From positions 2,903 to 66,902 of the forward strand of contig CAZIXS010000001.1 in NCBI GenBank assembly GCA_964543335.1: 64,000 nucleotides of DNA, written 5' to 3'. This document shows positions 1-8,826 of this stretch, piece after piece (position 1 is the stretch's first letter; the number at the start of each line of letters is the position of its first letter). The notes beneath the pieces were generated by a model. That model did not search any database. It saw only the letters and a program-made list of their open reading frames with translations, and was not told the DNA's origin. The DNA is from an uncultured Phycisphaeraceae bacterium (lineage in GTDB: Bacteria; Planctomycetota; Phycisphaerae; Phycisphaerales; UBA1924). A program made the position numbers and the translations under genes.

Positions 1-1685
1 TCGCGGCGATCGAGCGCTTCGTCGAGCACGGCGAGGCCGAGATTTCCTTCCGTCGCGCCGAGGCCGACCGCATCGAGCGTGAAGCCCGCGCCGAGTTCAT
101 CAAGGCGGAAGCCGCGGCCCGTGCCAACGCGATCCGCGAGGCCTCGCGTCACCAGCAGGCCCTGACCGAGAACGAGCGCAAGCTCATCACCGCCGAGGCC
201 GAGGCCGAGGCCCGTCGCATCCAGACCGACCTGTACCGCGAGCTCGCTCGCCAGGCCAAGGCCGGTTCGGTCGTGCTGCCCGGCAAGACCAACCCGCAGA
301 CCCCGGGTGCGACCAACAACGACCCGAACCCCACGCTCGCCGACGCTTCTGAGAAGCCCGCGATCCTCGAGCCCGAGCGCGTCGCCCGCTTCAAGGGTGC
401 CTTGGCTGAAGCCGCGGCGATCCGCAAGCACGAAGAGGCGGCCGAGCGTGATCTCTACGCGACCGTTCAGGAGCGCACCACCCAGGCCAGCGCCTGGTGG
501 GACCAGCAGGTTGCCAAGCACAACGCCGAGCTTGCCCGCGCGGACTCGATCCAGCGCAAGGGTTCGGCGGACATTGAGGAGCTGTTCCTGCAGGCCGAGA
601 GCATGATCGCCCAGGCCGAAGCCGAGCGCAGCCGCGCTGTGGTGGTGGCCGAGGCCTCGAAGCGCGAGACACTGGCTCAGATCGTGAACCTCACCGCTCA
701 GGCCGAGGCGACCGACAAGACCTCCGAAGCGCAGATCCGTCAGTTCCTGGCTCGGGCTGCGGCTGCCGAGACTTCCGGCAGCTCCGAGGTCCGCTCGCTG
801 ATCGTCCAGCGTGACTCGGCGAAGACCCGCGGCGAAGCCGAGGCCAAGCGCCTCCTCGCTGAGGCCGACTCGCTCGAGAAGAGCCAGAACGCCGTGGTGG
901 CCCAGATGCGTCAAGAGATCCAGACCGCTGAGCAGCAGCTCAACGCGGAACTGGCCCGCCTGGACCAGGTTGCCGAGTCGTTCATCGCGATCGCCGAAGC
1001 CACCTACAACGAGGCTTCGTTCGTCGCCGACACCTTCGCGAAGATCTCGCAGGCCAACACCACCGAGATGGCCGCGGCTCACCAGGCCGAGGCGCAGATC
1101 GCGGCTTCGAATGTCGAGTACATGCACTCGCTGCGGAACGCGACCAAGCTCGCTGCTTCGGCTGCGGTCTCTCGTGCTCTGGCGGATGCGACCTTCGAGT
1201 TCTCGACCTTCCAGGCCGAGGACACCGGCGCTCGCTCGCGTATCCTTGCGGAGTCGCGTATGGCCGAGGCCGCTGCCAACGCTCAGTTCCAGATCGCCAG
1301 CGCTCAGGATCAGGCGGTGCGTTCGCTGTTCGACAGCCGCATCGTCCAGACCGAGTCGGAGCGGAACCGCGCGTTTGCCAACCAGTACCTCGCGCAGATG
1401 CAGAGCAAGGCGTCTGTTGAGCAGGCCCTCGCTGCTGCCGCGGCGTACCGCGACCTGTCGAACGAGGCGATCGCTCGCCTGAACGCTCGTGCGGTTGAGT
1501 TCTCCAACACCGCCCAGGTGAACTGGGACGAGCGTCTGGCGAACGCCACCGGCAAGCTGCCGACTGTTGAGGGTGCCGAGGCCCTGTACCTGCAGGCCCT
1601 GCGTGACCTGGAGAACAGCCAGGCCACCTACAGCCCGAACCCGATGCCCGTGATCACCAATGTCCCGGTGAACCTGGACAACTGA
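1..1685 (+). CDS. Ala/Glu-rich coiled-coil protein, C-terminal part (ORF open to the window edge)
   Basis: Frame 3 is open from base 3 to the stop at 1683-1685, and GC3 is high. The translation is almost entirely helical A/E/R/Q-rich repeats. The first ~60 aa (..AEAEAEARRIQ..) resemble EA-rich tails of SPFH/flotillin proteins, but no domain can be confirmed by eye. Confidence 0.6.
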   Translation, partial: AAIERFVEHGEAEISFRRAEADRIEREARAEFIKAEAAARANAIREASRHQQALTENERKLITAEAEAEARRIQTDLYRELARQAKAGSVVLPGKTNPQTPGATNNDPNPTLADASEKPAILEPERVARFKGALAEAAAIRKHEEAAERDLYATVQERTTQASAWWDQQVAKHNAELARADSIQRKGSADIEELFLQAESMIAQAEAERSRAVVVAEASKRETLAQIVNLTAQAEATDKTSEAQIRQFLARAAAAETSGSSEVRSLIVQRDSAKTRGEAEAKRLLAEADSLEKSQNAVVAQMRQEIQTAEQQLNAELARLDQVAESFIAIAEATYNEASFVADTFAKISQANTTEMAAAHQAEAQIAASNVEYMHSLRNATKLAASAAVSRALADATFEFSTFQAEDTGARSRILAESRMAEAAANAQFQIASAQDQAVRSLFDSRIVQTESERNRAFANQYLAQMQSKASVEQALAAAAAYRDLSNEAIARLNARAVEFSNTAQVNWDERLANATGKLPTVEGAEALYLQALRDLENSQATYSPNPMPVITNVPVNLDN

Positions 1686-1742
1686 TCGGGCGTCTGATCG
1701 AACGGTCCTTTACGGATCGAACACTCAGGGATTGCTGATCCC

Positions 1743-1778
1743 GGCGGACCCAGGCGAGAGCCTCGGTCCGCCTTTTTT
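1743..1778 (+). terminator. Intrinsic terminator after the coiled-coil gene
   Basis: 8-bp stem GGCGGACC (1743-1750) / GGTCCGCC (1765-1772), followed by TTTTTT (1773-1778). Confidence 0.8.
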
Positions 1779-1790
1779 CGTTTTGGGTTT

Positions 1791-1824
1791 GGGTGGCGTG
1801 GTCTGAGCGGAGCGAAGGCCACGA
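1791..1824. repeat. Left inverted-repeat arm
   Basis: GGGTGGCGTGGTCTGAGCGGAGCGAAGGCCACGA. Its reverse complement matches 2258-2291 with one mismatch. Confidence 0.9.
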
Positions 1825-2257
1825 AGAGTACAGTGTGCATGTGGACGGCGAACAGAAACCCAGAGTGTCTGTTTACACGCGCTACCGCATTGTGTGGGTG
1901 GCGATTTGCATCCTCGCGGTCGTGAACGCGGGAACACTGCTCGCATTCTCAAGCAGTGCGGTGAAGATGCGGTTGCCGATCGTCGTTATCGGGGTCGTTG
2001 TGACTGCGCTGCTGTTCGTGGCATTGAAGAAGTCTCGGGCTCGGTTTCGGGAAGTCTGTGATCGAGGAGCGGCAACAAATTCGGCACTGTGTCCGTTCTG
2101 TGCCTATGGACTTGAAGAGACAGGCGAGGTCGTCACCTGTCCCGAATGCGGGTCGCGCATGCAGACTGCGAACCTGAGTACTTACTGGATTCAGGTGAGG
2201 TGGAAGTCCTACTGGCGATCAGACCGTGAATTGCTGCGGCGGCTTGTGCGGGCTTGA
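1793..2257 (+). CDS. Small membrane protein with C-terminal zinc-ribbon (CPFC..CPEC), hypothetical
   Basis: 154-aa ORF with a GTG start inside the left IR arm and a stop abutting the right arm. It has two hydrophobic helices (IVWVAICILAVV, LPIVVIGVVVTALLFVAL) and a CxxC-N13-CxxC motif. It uses many A/T-ending codons compared with flanking genes. Confidence 0.5.
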   Translation: MAWSERSEGHEEYSVHVDGEQKPRVSVYTRYRIVWVAICILAVVNAGTLLAFSSSAVKMRLPIVVIGVVVTALLFVALKKSRARFREVCDRGAATNSALCPFCAYGLEETGEVVTCPECGSRMQTANLSTYWIQVRWKSYWRSDRELLRRLVRA

Positions 2258-2291
2258 TCGTGGCCTTCGCTCTGCTCAGACCACGCCACCC
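2258..2291. repeat. Right inverted-repeat arm
   Basis: TCGTGGCCTTCGCTCTGCTCAGACCACGCCACCC, which is the reverse complement of 1791-1824 (33/34). Confidence 0.9.
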
Positions 2292-2360
2292 ATGAGAGAC
2301 GCTGCTGCTTGACATGGTCGGAAGACTCGCACCGACCCTCATCCGTCCGCTTTGCGGCCA

Positions 2361-2383
2361 CCTTCTCCCGCGAGGGGAGAAGG
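2361..2383. repeat. Perfect 9-bp hairpin
   Basis: CCTTCTCCC-gcgag-GGGAGAAGG, lying between the IR cassette and the uvrC 3' end. Confidence 0.7.
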
Positions 2384-2411
2384 AGCTGTAGTTTGGTCTT
2401 TGATTGTAAGC

Positions 2412-2449
2412 ATGGAAAAAGAAGAGGTACCCGGAGCTCGCGCTCCGGG
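2412..2449 (-). terminator. uvrC intrinsic terminator built on a repeated hairpin element
   Basis: On the minus strand: CCCGGAGC-GCGA-GCTCCGGG (GNRA-type loop), followed by TACCTCTTCTTTTTCC. The 29-nt core at 2426-2454 recurs at 62312-62340. Confidence 0.65.
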
Positions 2450-2469
2450 CTCTTGTTCGTGTGAGCTTA

Positions 2470-3909
2470 TCATTCCCCGATCGTCTTCTTCCGCCTCAGA
2501 ATATGGTGGTAGTGCTGCGCGAAGCGGTGGGCTTCGTCTCGGATGGCCTGGCAGAGCTTTAGTCCGAGGTTTTCGCGTCCGAGGCGGATGGGTTCTGACT
2601 TCTCCTGCACATAGATCAGCTCTTCCTTCTTGGCGAGGGAGATGACCATGGGTGGCTTGCGGTCCATGCCTTCGAGGGCTTCCATCGCGGCGTGGAGCTG
2701 GCCGAGGCCGCCGTCGATGAGGATGACATCGGGGTAGAGTTCGTGGCCCTGGCCGGCCTCGCGGTAGCGGCGCGAGACGACTTCGCGGATCGAGGCGTAG
2801 TCGTCGTTGCCGCCCTCGACGGAGCGGATGCGGTAGCGCCGGTACTCGTCCTTGAAAGGTTTGCCGTCGATGAAGCAGACCTTGGAGCCGACGGTCTCGC
2901 CGCCCTGCAGGTGGGCGATGTCGATGGCTTCGATGCAGCGCGGGGGCTGGTCGAGGCCGAGGGTTTTGGCGAGGGACTTGGGGCCTTTGAGCGGGTCGAT
3001 GTAGCCGATCTCGCTCTCGGGCTGCCAGCCGTCGCGGATGTTGCCGCGCTCGGCGAGTTTCTGGATGGACTTGATCTGGTCGCGGATGGCCGCAGCCTGT
3101 TCGAACTTGAGGTCGGCGGCGAACTGCTCCATTTCCTGCTTCATCTCGCGCAGAACGCTGGAGCGTTTGGAGCCGAGGAAGCGGGTGAGGCGGTCGATGT
3201 CGCCGGCGTAGCGCTCGGGCGAGATTTTGTCGGCGCAGGGGGCGGTGCACTGGCCGATGGCGTGGAGGATGCAGGGTCGGAAGAATTTGTTCTTGTCGTC
3301 GCCGGCGATGATGTCGAGCTTGCAGGTGCGGAACTTGAAGATCCGCTGCATGATCTGGAGGGCTTCGCGGAGCGCGCTGACATGGGTGAAGGGGCCGTAG
3401 AGGCGTGCACCCTTCATGTGTGGGATCTCATCGCCCGCTTCGCCGAGGCCGGTGGGGTTGCGGGTCATGAAGACGCGTGGGTAGTCCTCGTTCTTGGTGA
3501 CGACGAGGTACGGGAAGGTTTTGTCGTCGATGAGGCGGACATTGAAGCGGGGGCGGATGTCCTTGATGAGGCGGTTCTCGGTGAGCAGGGCTTCCCACTC
3601 GCCCTCGCAGAGCAGGACTTCGAAGTCGTGGATCAGCTCGCGCATCGGCTGTTTCTTGGGGCCGAGGTCGGCGGAGGGGACGAAGTAGCTGGCGGTGCGG
3701 TCGGGCAGGTTCGCGGCCTTGCCGACATAGAGCACCACACCCTTGTGGTCTTTCATGAGGTAGACGCCGGGCGATTTGGGCAGGTCGCGGGCCTTGCGCA
3801 GCAGGCGGCTGAGGCGCTGCTCGTCCGACTCGGTGCCCCAGGGCGGGGGTGTGTCGGAGGGGAGGAAGCCGTCCTCGTCTTCGATGATGTGGTCGGGGTC
3901 ATCGGCCAT
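2470..3909 (-). CDS. uvrC: Excinuclease ABC subunit C (UvrC), short form without the C-terminal (HhH)2 domain
   Basis: GIY-YIG region (PGVYLMKDHKGVVLYVGKAANL), UVR motif (FEQAAAIRDQIKSIQKL), RNase H-like endonuclease region (IEAIDIAHLQGG.., LIDGGLGQL, IRDEAHRFA). The protein ends 479 aa after its start. Confidence 0.9.
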   Translation of the reverse strand: MADDPDHIIEDEDGFLPSDTPPPWGTESDEQRLSRLLRKARDLPKSPGVYLMKDHKGVVLYVGKAANLPDRTASYFVPSADLGPKKQPMRELIHDFEVLLCEGEWEALLTENRLIKDIRPRFNVRLIDDKTFPYLVVTKNEDYPRVFMTRNPTGLGEAGDEIPHMKGARLYGPFTHVSALREALQIMQRIFKFRTCKLDIIAGDDKNKFFRPCILHAIGQCTAPCADKISPERYAGDIDRLTRFLGSKRSSVLREMKQEMEQFAADLKFEQAAAIRDQIKSIQKLAERGNIRDGWQPESEIGYIDPLKGPKSLAKTLGLDQPPRCIEAIDIAHLQGGETVGSKVCFIDGKPFKDEYRRYRIRSVEGGNDDYASIREVVSRRYREAGQGHELYPDVILIDGGLGQLHAAMEALEGMDRKPPMVISLAKKEELIYVQEKSEPIRLGRENLGLKLCQAIRDEAHRFAQHYHHILRRKKTIGE

Positions 3910-3966
3910 CGGACTGAGAGTGTAGGGCGATGGAGCCGAAGGAAGATCAGTCGGCCTTAGAGAGAT

Positions 3967-5223
3967 CTACCGGACCGCAGAGAGAGCCAGGGCACAGAAG
4001 GTTTCGACTCCGAGGGCGATGGCATCGTCGTTGAAGTCGAACTTGGGGGTGTGGATATTGGGGTAGGCGTCCATATGGGCCGGTCGCAGGCCGAGGAGGA
4101 AGAAGCAGGCCGGGCAGTGGTGGCCGTAGTACGAGAAGTCCTCACCACCCATGGTGGGCTTGTCCTTTTCAATGAGGCGTGAGTCGGCGTGGTCGCCAAG
4201 GACCGTGCGGGCGATGGTGCGGAAGTGCTCGGTGGCTTCGGGGTCGTTGAAGGTGACGGGGTACCCGGCGTGCCACTCAATGTCCGCTTCAGCTCCGAAA
4301 GCCGCGGCGATGCTCTGGGTGATGCGACGGAATTCCTGCTCGGCCATGGTCCGCGTCTCGGGCACGAGGGTGCGGATGGTGCCTCGGAGCTCGGCGGTGT
4401 CGGGGATGACATTGTGGGCCTCGCCGGCGTGGATGGCCCCGACGGTGACGACGACGGCGTCGTTGGGCTCGGTGCGCCGGCTGGCGATGGTCTGGAGTGC
4501 GGTGACGATGTGCGCGGCGACGACGACGGGGTCGATGCTGCGTTCGGGCTGGGCTGCGTGTCCGCCCCGGCCGCGCACGGTGACTTCGAATTCATCGGTG
4601 GCGGCGAGCAGCGGGCCGGTGCGGGTGGCGAGGGTGCCGAGTTCGAACTCGGGCCAGCCGTGGAGGCCGAACATCATGTCGACCTTGGTGCCGATGGCGT
4701 GGGCTTTCTGGAGTGCACTGCCGTCGAGGGCCCCGTCGGCGCACATTTTTTCGCCGCCGGCTCCGCCTTCCTCGGCGGGCTGGAAGCAGAAGACGATGTT
4801 ATTGGGACGGTCTTGGGTGGCGCTGAGGAGGCGGGCGGCGGTGAGGAGGATGGCGGTGTGTCCGTCGTGGCCGCAGGCGTGCATGACACCAGGGTTGCTG
4901 GAGGTGTAGGGCAGGCCGGTGGCTTCGAGGATGGGTAGGGCGTCCATGTCGGCGCGGAGGCCGACCGTGGGGGCGCTGGCGGGGTCGTCCACTGTGGCGG
5001 GGAGGTAGGCGACGATGCCGGTGCCGGGGCTGCCGGGGGTTTCGGGCGCGAGGCCGCTGACATGAAGGATGCCAAGATCGTCGAGGGTCGCTGAGACGCG
5101 CTGGGCGGTGCGGGATTCCTCGAACATCAGTTCCGGGTGGCGATGGAGATCATGCCGGAACTCGATGGCTTGCGGGAGGAGTTCTCGGACGGCGTCACGC
5201 AGGGATGGGGCGGCTTGATGCAT
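3967..5223 (-). CDS. M20D-family amidohydrolase (N-acyl-amino acid / hippurate hydrolase-like)
   Basis: MHACGHDGHTAILL metal-binding motif; FQPAEEGGAGG; typical length of 418 aa. Confidence 0.8.
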   Translation of the reverse strand: MHQAAPSLRDAVRELLPQAIEFRHDLHRHPELMFEESRTAQRVSATLDDLGILHVSGLAPETPGSPGTGIVAYLPATVDDPASAPTVGLRADMDALPILEATGLPYTSSNPGVMHACGHDGHTAILLTAARLLSATQDRPNNIVFCFQPAEEGGAGGEKMCADGALDGSALQKAHAIGTKVDMMFGLHGWPEFELGTLATRTGPLLAATDEFEVTVRGRGGHAAQPERSIDPVVVAAHIVTALQTIASRRTEPNDAVVVTVGAIHAGEAHNVIPDTAELRGTIRTLVPETRTMAEQEFRRITQSIAAAFGAEADIEWHAGYPVTFNDPEATEHFRTIARTVLGDHADSRLIEKDKPTMGGEDFSYYGHHCPACFFLLGLRPAHMDAYPNIHTPKFDFNDDAIALGVETFCALALSAVR

Positions 5224-5451
5224 GGTGGAATCCTAGGAGGAATACCGGGTTGATGCTGTAGGGGGCATAACCGAGCCACCCCGCCGGAATCGGGGTTTGC
5301 TTTGGGAGGCGCAGGCGAACTCTCAGGTTTGAGGCTTGGGGCAATCCGTTTGGAAGGTGCGATTTCGCCGCAGCAGCCTAGGGAAGACTCCGAAATCTAG
5401 AGCACGGGACGCGCATCGTGCGCGCTCGCTCGTCATTTCGGAGGACTGTCC

Positions 5452-6063
5452 ATGTCTACCCGGCGCAATCTCATCGGCTTTGCCCTTGCCGGCCTTGGTC
5501 TTCTCGGTACTGCTCACGCTTTCGGCCCCGCGGAAGACCGCGTGGGTCAGGTTCTTGGCGGGCTTTCCGCGACGGAACTGTCGCCGGAGGTTCAGGCGTT
5601 CGTGAGCGAGCAGCTTTCGCCCCTGATGGTCAACGAAGTCTTCGTGGCGGAAGTCACCAAGCAGAACAACCTTGGCCGTTCGCTCTCGGATATCCAGAAG
5701 ATCTGTGCCGAGTGGTCGAACGCTGAGGAAGAGCTCGCGATCATGCGAGAGATGCTGACCAACGCGACCGCGAACGAGCTGCGGAAGGTTCTGAAGGACC
5801 TGCCCCAGGTCGGCGAAGTGTTCGTGATGGACAACCAGGGCGCGAATGTCGGCCAGAACGCGCTGACCAGCGACTACTGGCAGGGCGATGAGGCCAAGTG
5901 GAAGAAGTCGTTCAACGAGGGCAAAGGCGGCATCGATTTCGGAAAGCCTGCGCTGGACAAGTCGACCAACGAGGTGCTGCAGCAGGTGAGCCTGCCGGTG
6001 ATCAACAAGGACGGCGAGGTCATCGGGGCGATCTGCTTCGGGATCCGCATCAACAAGTTCTGA
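5452..6063 (+). CDS. Secreted stand-alone Cache/PDC-like sensor-fold protein (possible Tat signal)
   Basis: GGAGGA lies upstream of the ATG. N-terminus is MSTRRNLIGFALAGLGLLGTAHA. C-terminal half (VFVMDNQGANVG..TSDYWQGDE..LPVINKDGEVIGAICFGI) looks like a Cache-type ligand-binding fold. Confidence 0.55.
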   Translation: MSTRRNLIGFALAGLGLLGTAHAFGPAEDRVGQVLGGLSATELSPEVQAFVSEQLSPLMVNEVFVAEVTKQNNLGRSLSDIQKICAEWSNAEEELAIMREMLTNATANELRKVLKDLPQVGEVFVMDNQGANVGQNALTSDYWQGDEAKWKKSFNEGKGGIDFGKPALDKSTNEVLQQVSLPVINKDGEVIGAICFGIRINKF

Positions 6064-6078
6064 TTCGAGGTTGGGGTC

Positions 6079-6118
6079 GTCGGGTCGCTGAGGGAGCGGC
6101 CCGACCTACTTTTTCTTT
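6079..6118 (+). terminator. Intrinsic terminator/attenuator between the Cache-like gene and the MCP gene
   Basis: GTCGGGTCGCT-gaggg-AGCGGCCCGAC followed by CTACTTTTTCTTT. Confidence 0.6.
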
Positions 6119-6140
6119 GCATTGACCAGGGACTCTGAAC

Positions 6141-7868
6141 ATGACTGTGAAAGCCAAGCTTTACGGCGTCGTCGTTGGTGGCCTCGTCCTTCTGACTTTC
6201 ATCTGCGGATTCGCGTGGTACCAGATGAACTCGATGTCATCGACGATGTCGTCGGTGATGAACGAGGATCTGCAGCCGATCATCACGGATGACCTGCCGC
6301 GCCTGAACGCGATGTCCGAGAGCATCGATCTGATTCTCAACGCGGATCGCGATGCTTACCAGGCGCTGATCGCCGAGCGTGACCTCATCAACGCGAGTGA
6401 TGTTGATATGCAAGCCACGCTCGCGGCGCACTCGGAGAACATCCAGCAGGTTCGCGACCGCATGGCGCAAGCCTCGGCGAGCCTGAGCGGTGAATCGAGC
6501 GAGCTTTACGAAACTTTCAAGTCGCAGTTCGAGGTCTGGTCGGAGAAGACCCTCTCCGCGGTCAACAAGGCTCAGGACCCGACGCAGATCGTGTTTGCTC
6601 GGCGCATCAGCAACGGTTCGGCGATCGAAGCGTTCGATGCGATGCGGAAAACCATCGACGACATCACGAACGCTCTGGATGCGCAGATCGCCGCGGCGAA
6701 CGCCGAGGTGAACGCTCGCGGTGAGCAGGCCAAGGAGCGGACTGGCGAGGCCCAGGCCGCGGCTTCGCGTTCTGTGCTGATGTTCATCGTGGTCGCGGCG
6801 ATTGGAGCGGCGCTCTTTACCGGGGCGCTGCTGCTGATCTCGCTGACGATTTCCAAGGGTCTCTCGGCGATGCTGGAGCGTGTCGAAGACATCGCTTCGG
6901 GCGAGGGCGACCTGAGCAAGCGCGTCGAGATCCAGAGCAAGGACGAACTCGGGATGCTTGGCGGCGCGATCAACCGCTTCATCGTAAAAGTGGCGGACAT
7001 CATCGCGGAAGTTCAGGCGGCTTCGGACGAAGTGACCATGACGGCGATGGAGCTGGCCGATGGTGGGCGCGAACTGGCGACCAACATGGACGACCAGCGT
7101 GGGCAGATCATGCAGGTGTCGTCGGCGATGACCGAGATGAGCTCGTCGGTGCACGAGGTGGCGACGCAGTGCTCCACCGCGGCTCAGGCTGCGGGTTCAT
7201 CGGACAAGACCGCAGAAGAGGGTCGGCGTGCGGTGGACGAGACGGTCCGCGGCATGGAGGCCATCAGCACCGTGGTGAACTCGACCAGCGACGCCGTGAC
7301 CGCCTTGGGCGAGCGCAGCGACCACATCGGCGAGATCATCCAGGTCATCAACGACATCGCCGACCAGACCAACCTGCTCGCGCTGAACGCGGCGATCGAG
7401 GCGGCTCGGGCTGGCGAGCACGGACGCGGCTTCGCGGTCGTCGCGGATGAGGTCCGCAAGCTGGCGGATCGCACGACCAAGGCGACGCAGGAGATCGCCG
7501 AGTCGATCCAGGCGATCCAGAACGAGACTCAGCAGGCGGTCAGCCGCATGAGCGAGGGTACCGAGCGCGTGGCCGAGGGTCGCGAGCGGGCTGGTGAAGC
7601 CGGCGAGCACATTGGGCTGATCGTTTCGAGCGTTCGCGAAGTGGCCAGCATGCTGGACTCGATCGCGGCTGCCACGCAGCAGCAGTCGGCCGCGGCGGAA
7701 GAAGTCTCGGCGAGTGTGGAGTCGATCTCGCGCATCGCGGATTCGGCGACGCAGACCGCGACGCAGTCGGCGACGGCTGCCGAGCGGATGAGCGACAAGG
7801 CGATGCGCCTGAAGTCGCTGGTGAACCAGTTCAAGCTGGGTTCGGAGCACAGCGCCGCGGCGCGGTGA
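6141..7868 (+). CDS. Methyl-accepting chemotaxis protein (2 TM, helical periplasmic domain, HAMP, MA domain)
   Basis: Highly conserved hairpin tip ([37 protein letters not shown]). TM helices near aa 7-28 and 210-233. Confidence 0.92.
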   Translation: MTVKAKLYGVVVGGLVLLTFICGFAWYQMNSMSSTMSSVMNEDLQPIITDDLPRLNAMSESIDLILNADRDAYQALIAERDLINASDVDMQATLAAHSENIQQVRDRMAQASASLSGESSELYETFKSQFEVWSEKTLSAVNKAQDPTQIVFARRISNGSAIEAFDAMRKTIDDITNALDAQIAAANAEVNARGEQAKERTGEAQAAASRSVLMFIVVAAIGAALFTGALLLISLTISKGLSAMLERVEDIASGEGDLSKRVEIQSKDELGMLGGAINRFIVKVADIIAEVQAASDEVTMTAMELADGGRELATNMDDQRGQIMQVSSAMTEMSSSVHEVATQCSTAAQAAGSSDKTAEEGRRAVDETVRGMEAISTVVNSTSDAVTALGERSDHIGEIIQVINDIADQTNLLALNAAIEAARAGEHGRGFAVVADEVRKLADRTTKATQEIAESIQAIQNETQQAVSRMSEGTERVAEGRERAGEAGEHIGLIVSSVREVASMLDSIAAATQQQSAAAEEVSASVESISRIADSATQTATQSATAAERMSDKAMRLKSLVNQFKLGSEHSAAAR

Positions 7869-7891
7869 GCCAACCTGAGATTGCGAACCGC

Positions 7892-7918
7892 GCGCCCCGG
7901 CTTTGCCCGGGGCGTTTT
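7892..7918 (+). terminator. Intrinsic terminator after the MCP gene
   Basis: CGCCCCGG-ctttgc-CCGGGGCG followed by TTTT. Confidence 0.7.
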
Positions 7919-7925
7919 CGTGCGC

Positions 7926-8795
7926 TCAGCGTGCGTCGAAGGCGGAGAGCCCGCCGTGCCGGACGAAGTCGATGCCGTATCGGTCGGTGGCGGCACGGAG
8001 CAGCATGTTCAGGCCGATGGCGTCGGAGGCGAAGTGGCCGGACACGATGACCGAGCCGGGTTTGCCCTGGGTGGCGCGATCCTCGAGTTGCTTGGCATCG
8101 GGGCCGGCGAGGTGGATGTAGAGCACGGTTTCGATGGGTCCATCGGGGTGGGCCGAGGTGCCGTCGAAGAGTGCTTCGGCGACGGCTGCGCCGCCGTTGG
8201 TTCCTCCGGCGTGCATGACGGCGATCCTGCCGCAGCGTCCGGAAGGCCCTTCGGGGACATGCAGGATTTCGTTGCTGGGGTGGGCGAGTTCGGGGATGGT
8301 GCGCAGTGCATCGGCGGCGTCTTCGAGCGTGGATTCCGGCGAGACAGGCTCCAGCGCACGCACCATTTCCTGACGCCCGAGTTCGTCGGCGGCCAGGTGG
8401 ATATTGAAGAGGTTGATCCCGATGAGCTGCGCCGCGGAGACGAGCTGATCCCAGTCGGCGGCGTGATCGGCGAAGCGGCAGCGTCGGCGGAGGTCGCTGG
8501 TGGCGGCGCGAGCACTCGAGCCGGAGACGCCGTGCATCTCCATGAGCTCGACCATGCGGTCGAGGACTTTGTGGAAGTCGCGCCGGGCGGAACCGGCGAG
8601 GGGGTGGTGCAGCAGGTAGGAGTCGCAGCCGAGTTGCCGGGCGAGGAGCAGGTCGCCGGTGGAGGCGTTGACGGAGGCCATGCAGCGCCGGACGGGCTGG
8701 CCGGTGTCGTGGAGCACGCAGGAATCGGCCGGGATGAAATCGAAACCGGCGAGTTCGGAGGCGAAACGGAGCAGTTGCGGTGGGTTGGGCATCAT
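7926..8795 (-). CDS. Nif3-like (DUF34) dinuclear metal-centre protein, tentative
   Basis: LLHHPL motif after an N-terminal domain and a C-terminal SGHFASDAIGL motif. The arrangement resembles the NIF3 family. Assignment is by motif only. Confidence 0.45.
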   Translation of the reverse strand: MMPNPPQLLRFASELAGFDFIPADSCVLHDTGQPVRRCMASVNASTGDLLLARQLGCDSYLLHHPLAGSARRDFHKVLDRMVELMEMHGVSGSSARAATSDLRRRCRFADHAADWDQLVSAAQLIGINLFNIHLAADELGRQEMVRALEPVSPESTLEDAADALRTIPELAHPSNEILHVPEGPSGRCGRIAVMHAGGTNGGAAVAEALFDGTSAHPDGPIETVLYIHLAGPDAKQLEDRATQGKPGSVIVSGHFASDAIGLNMLLRAATDRYGIDFVRHGGLSAFDAR

Positions 8796-8826
8796 GGAAG
8801 GGTAGTCGATGCGGGCGATCGGCTGC

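Larger units (their letters stand above)
1791..2291. mobile_element. Inverted-repeat-bracketed low-GC cassette (MITE-like or inverton-like); nature unresolved
   Basis: 34-nt terminal inverted repeats match at 33/34 positions and bracket a 433-bp core. Codon third positions in the core are visibly less G/C-biased than in the neighbours. No transposase, recombinase or target-site duplication was seen. Confidence 0.3.
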
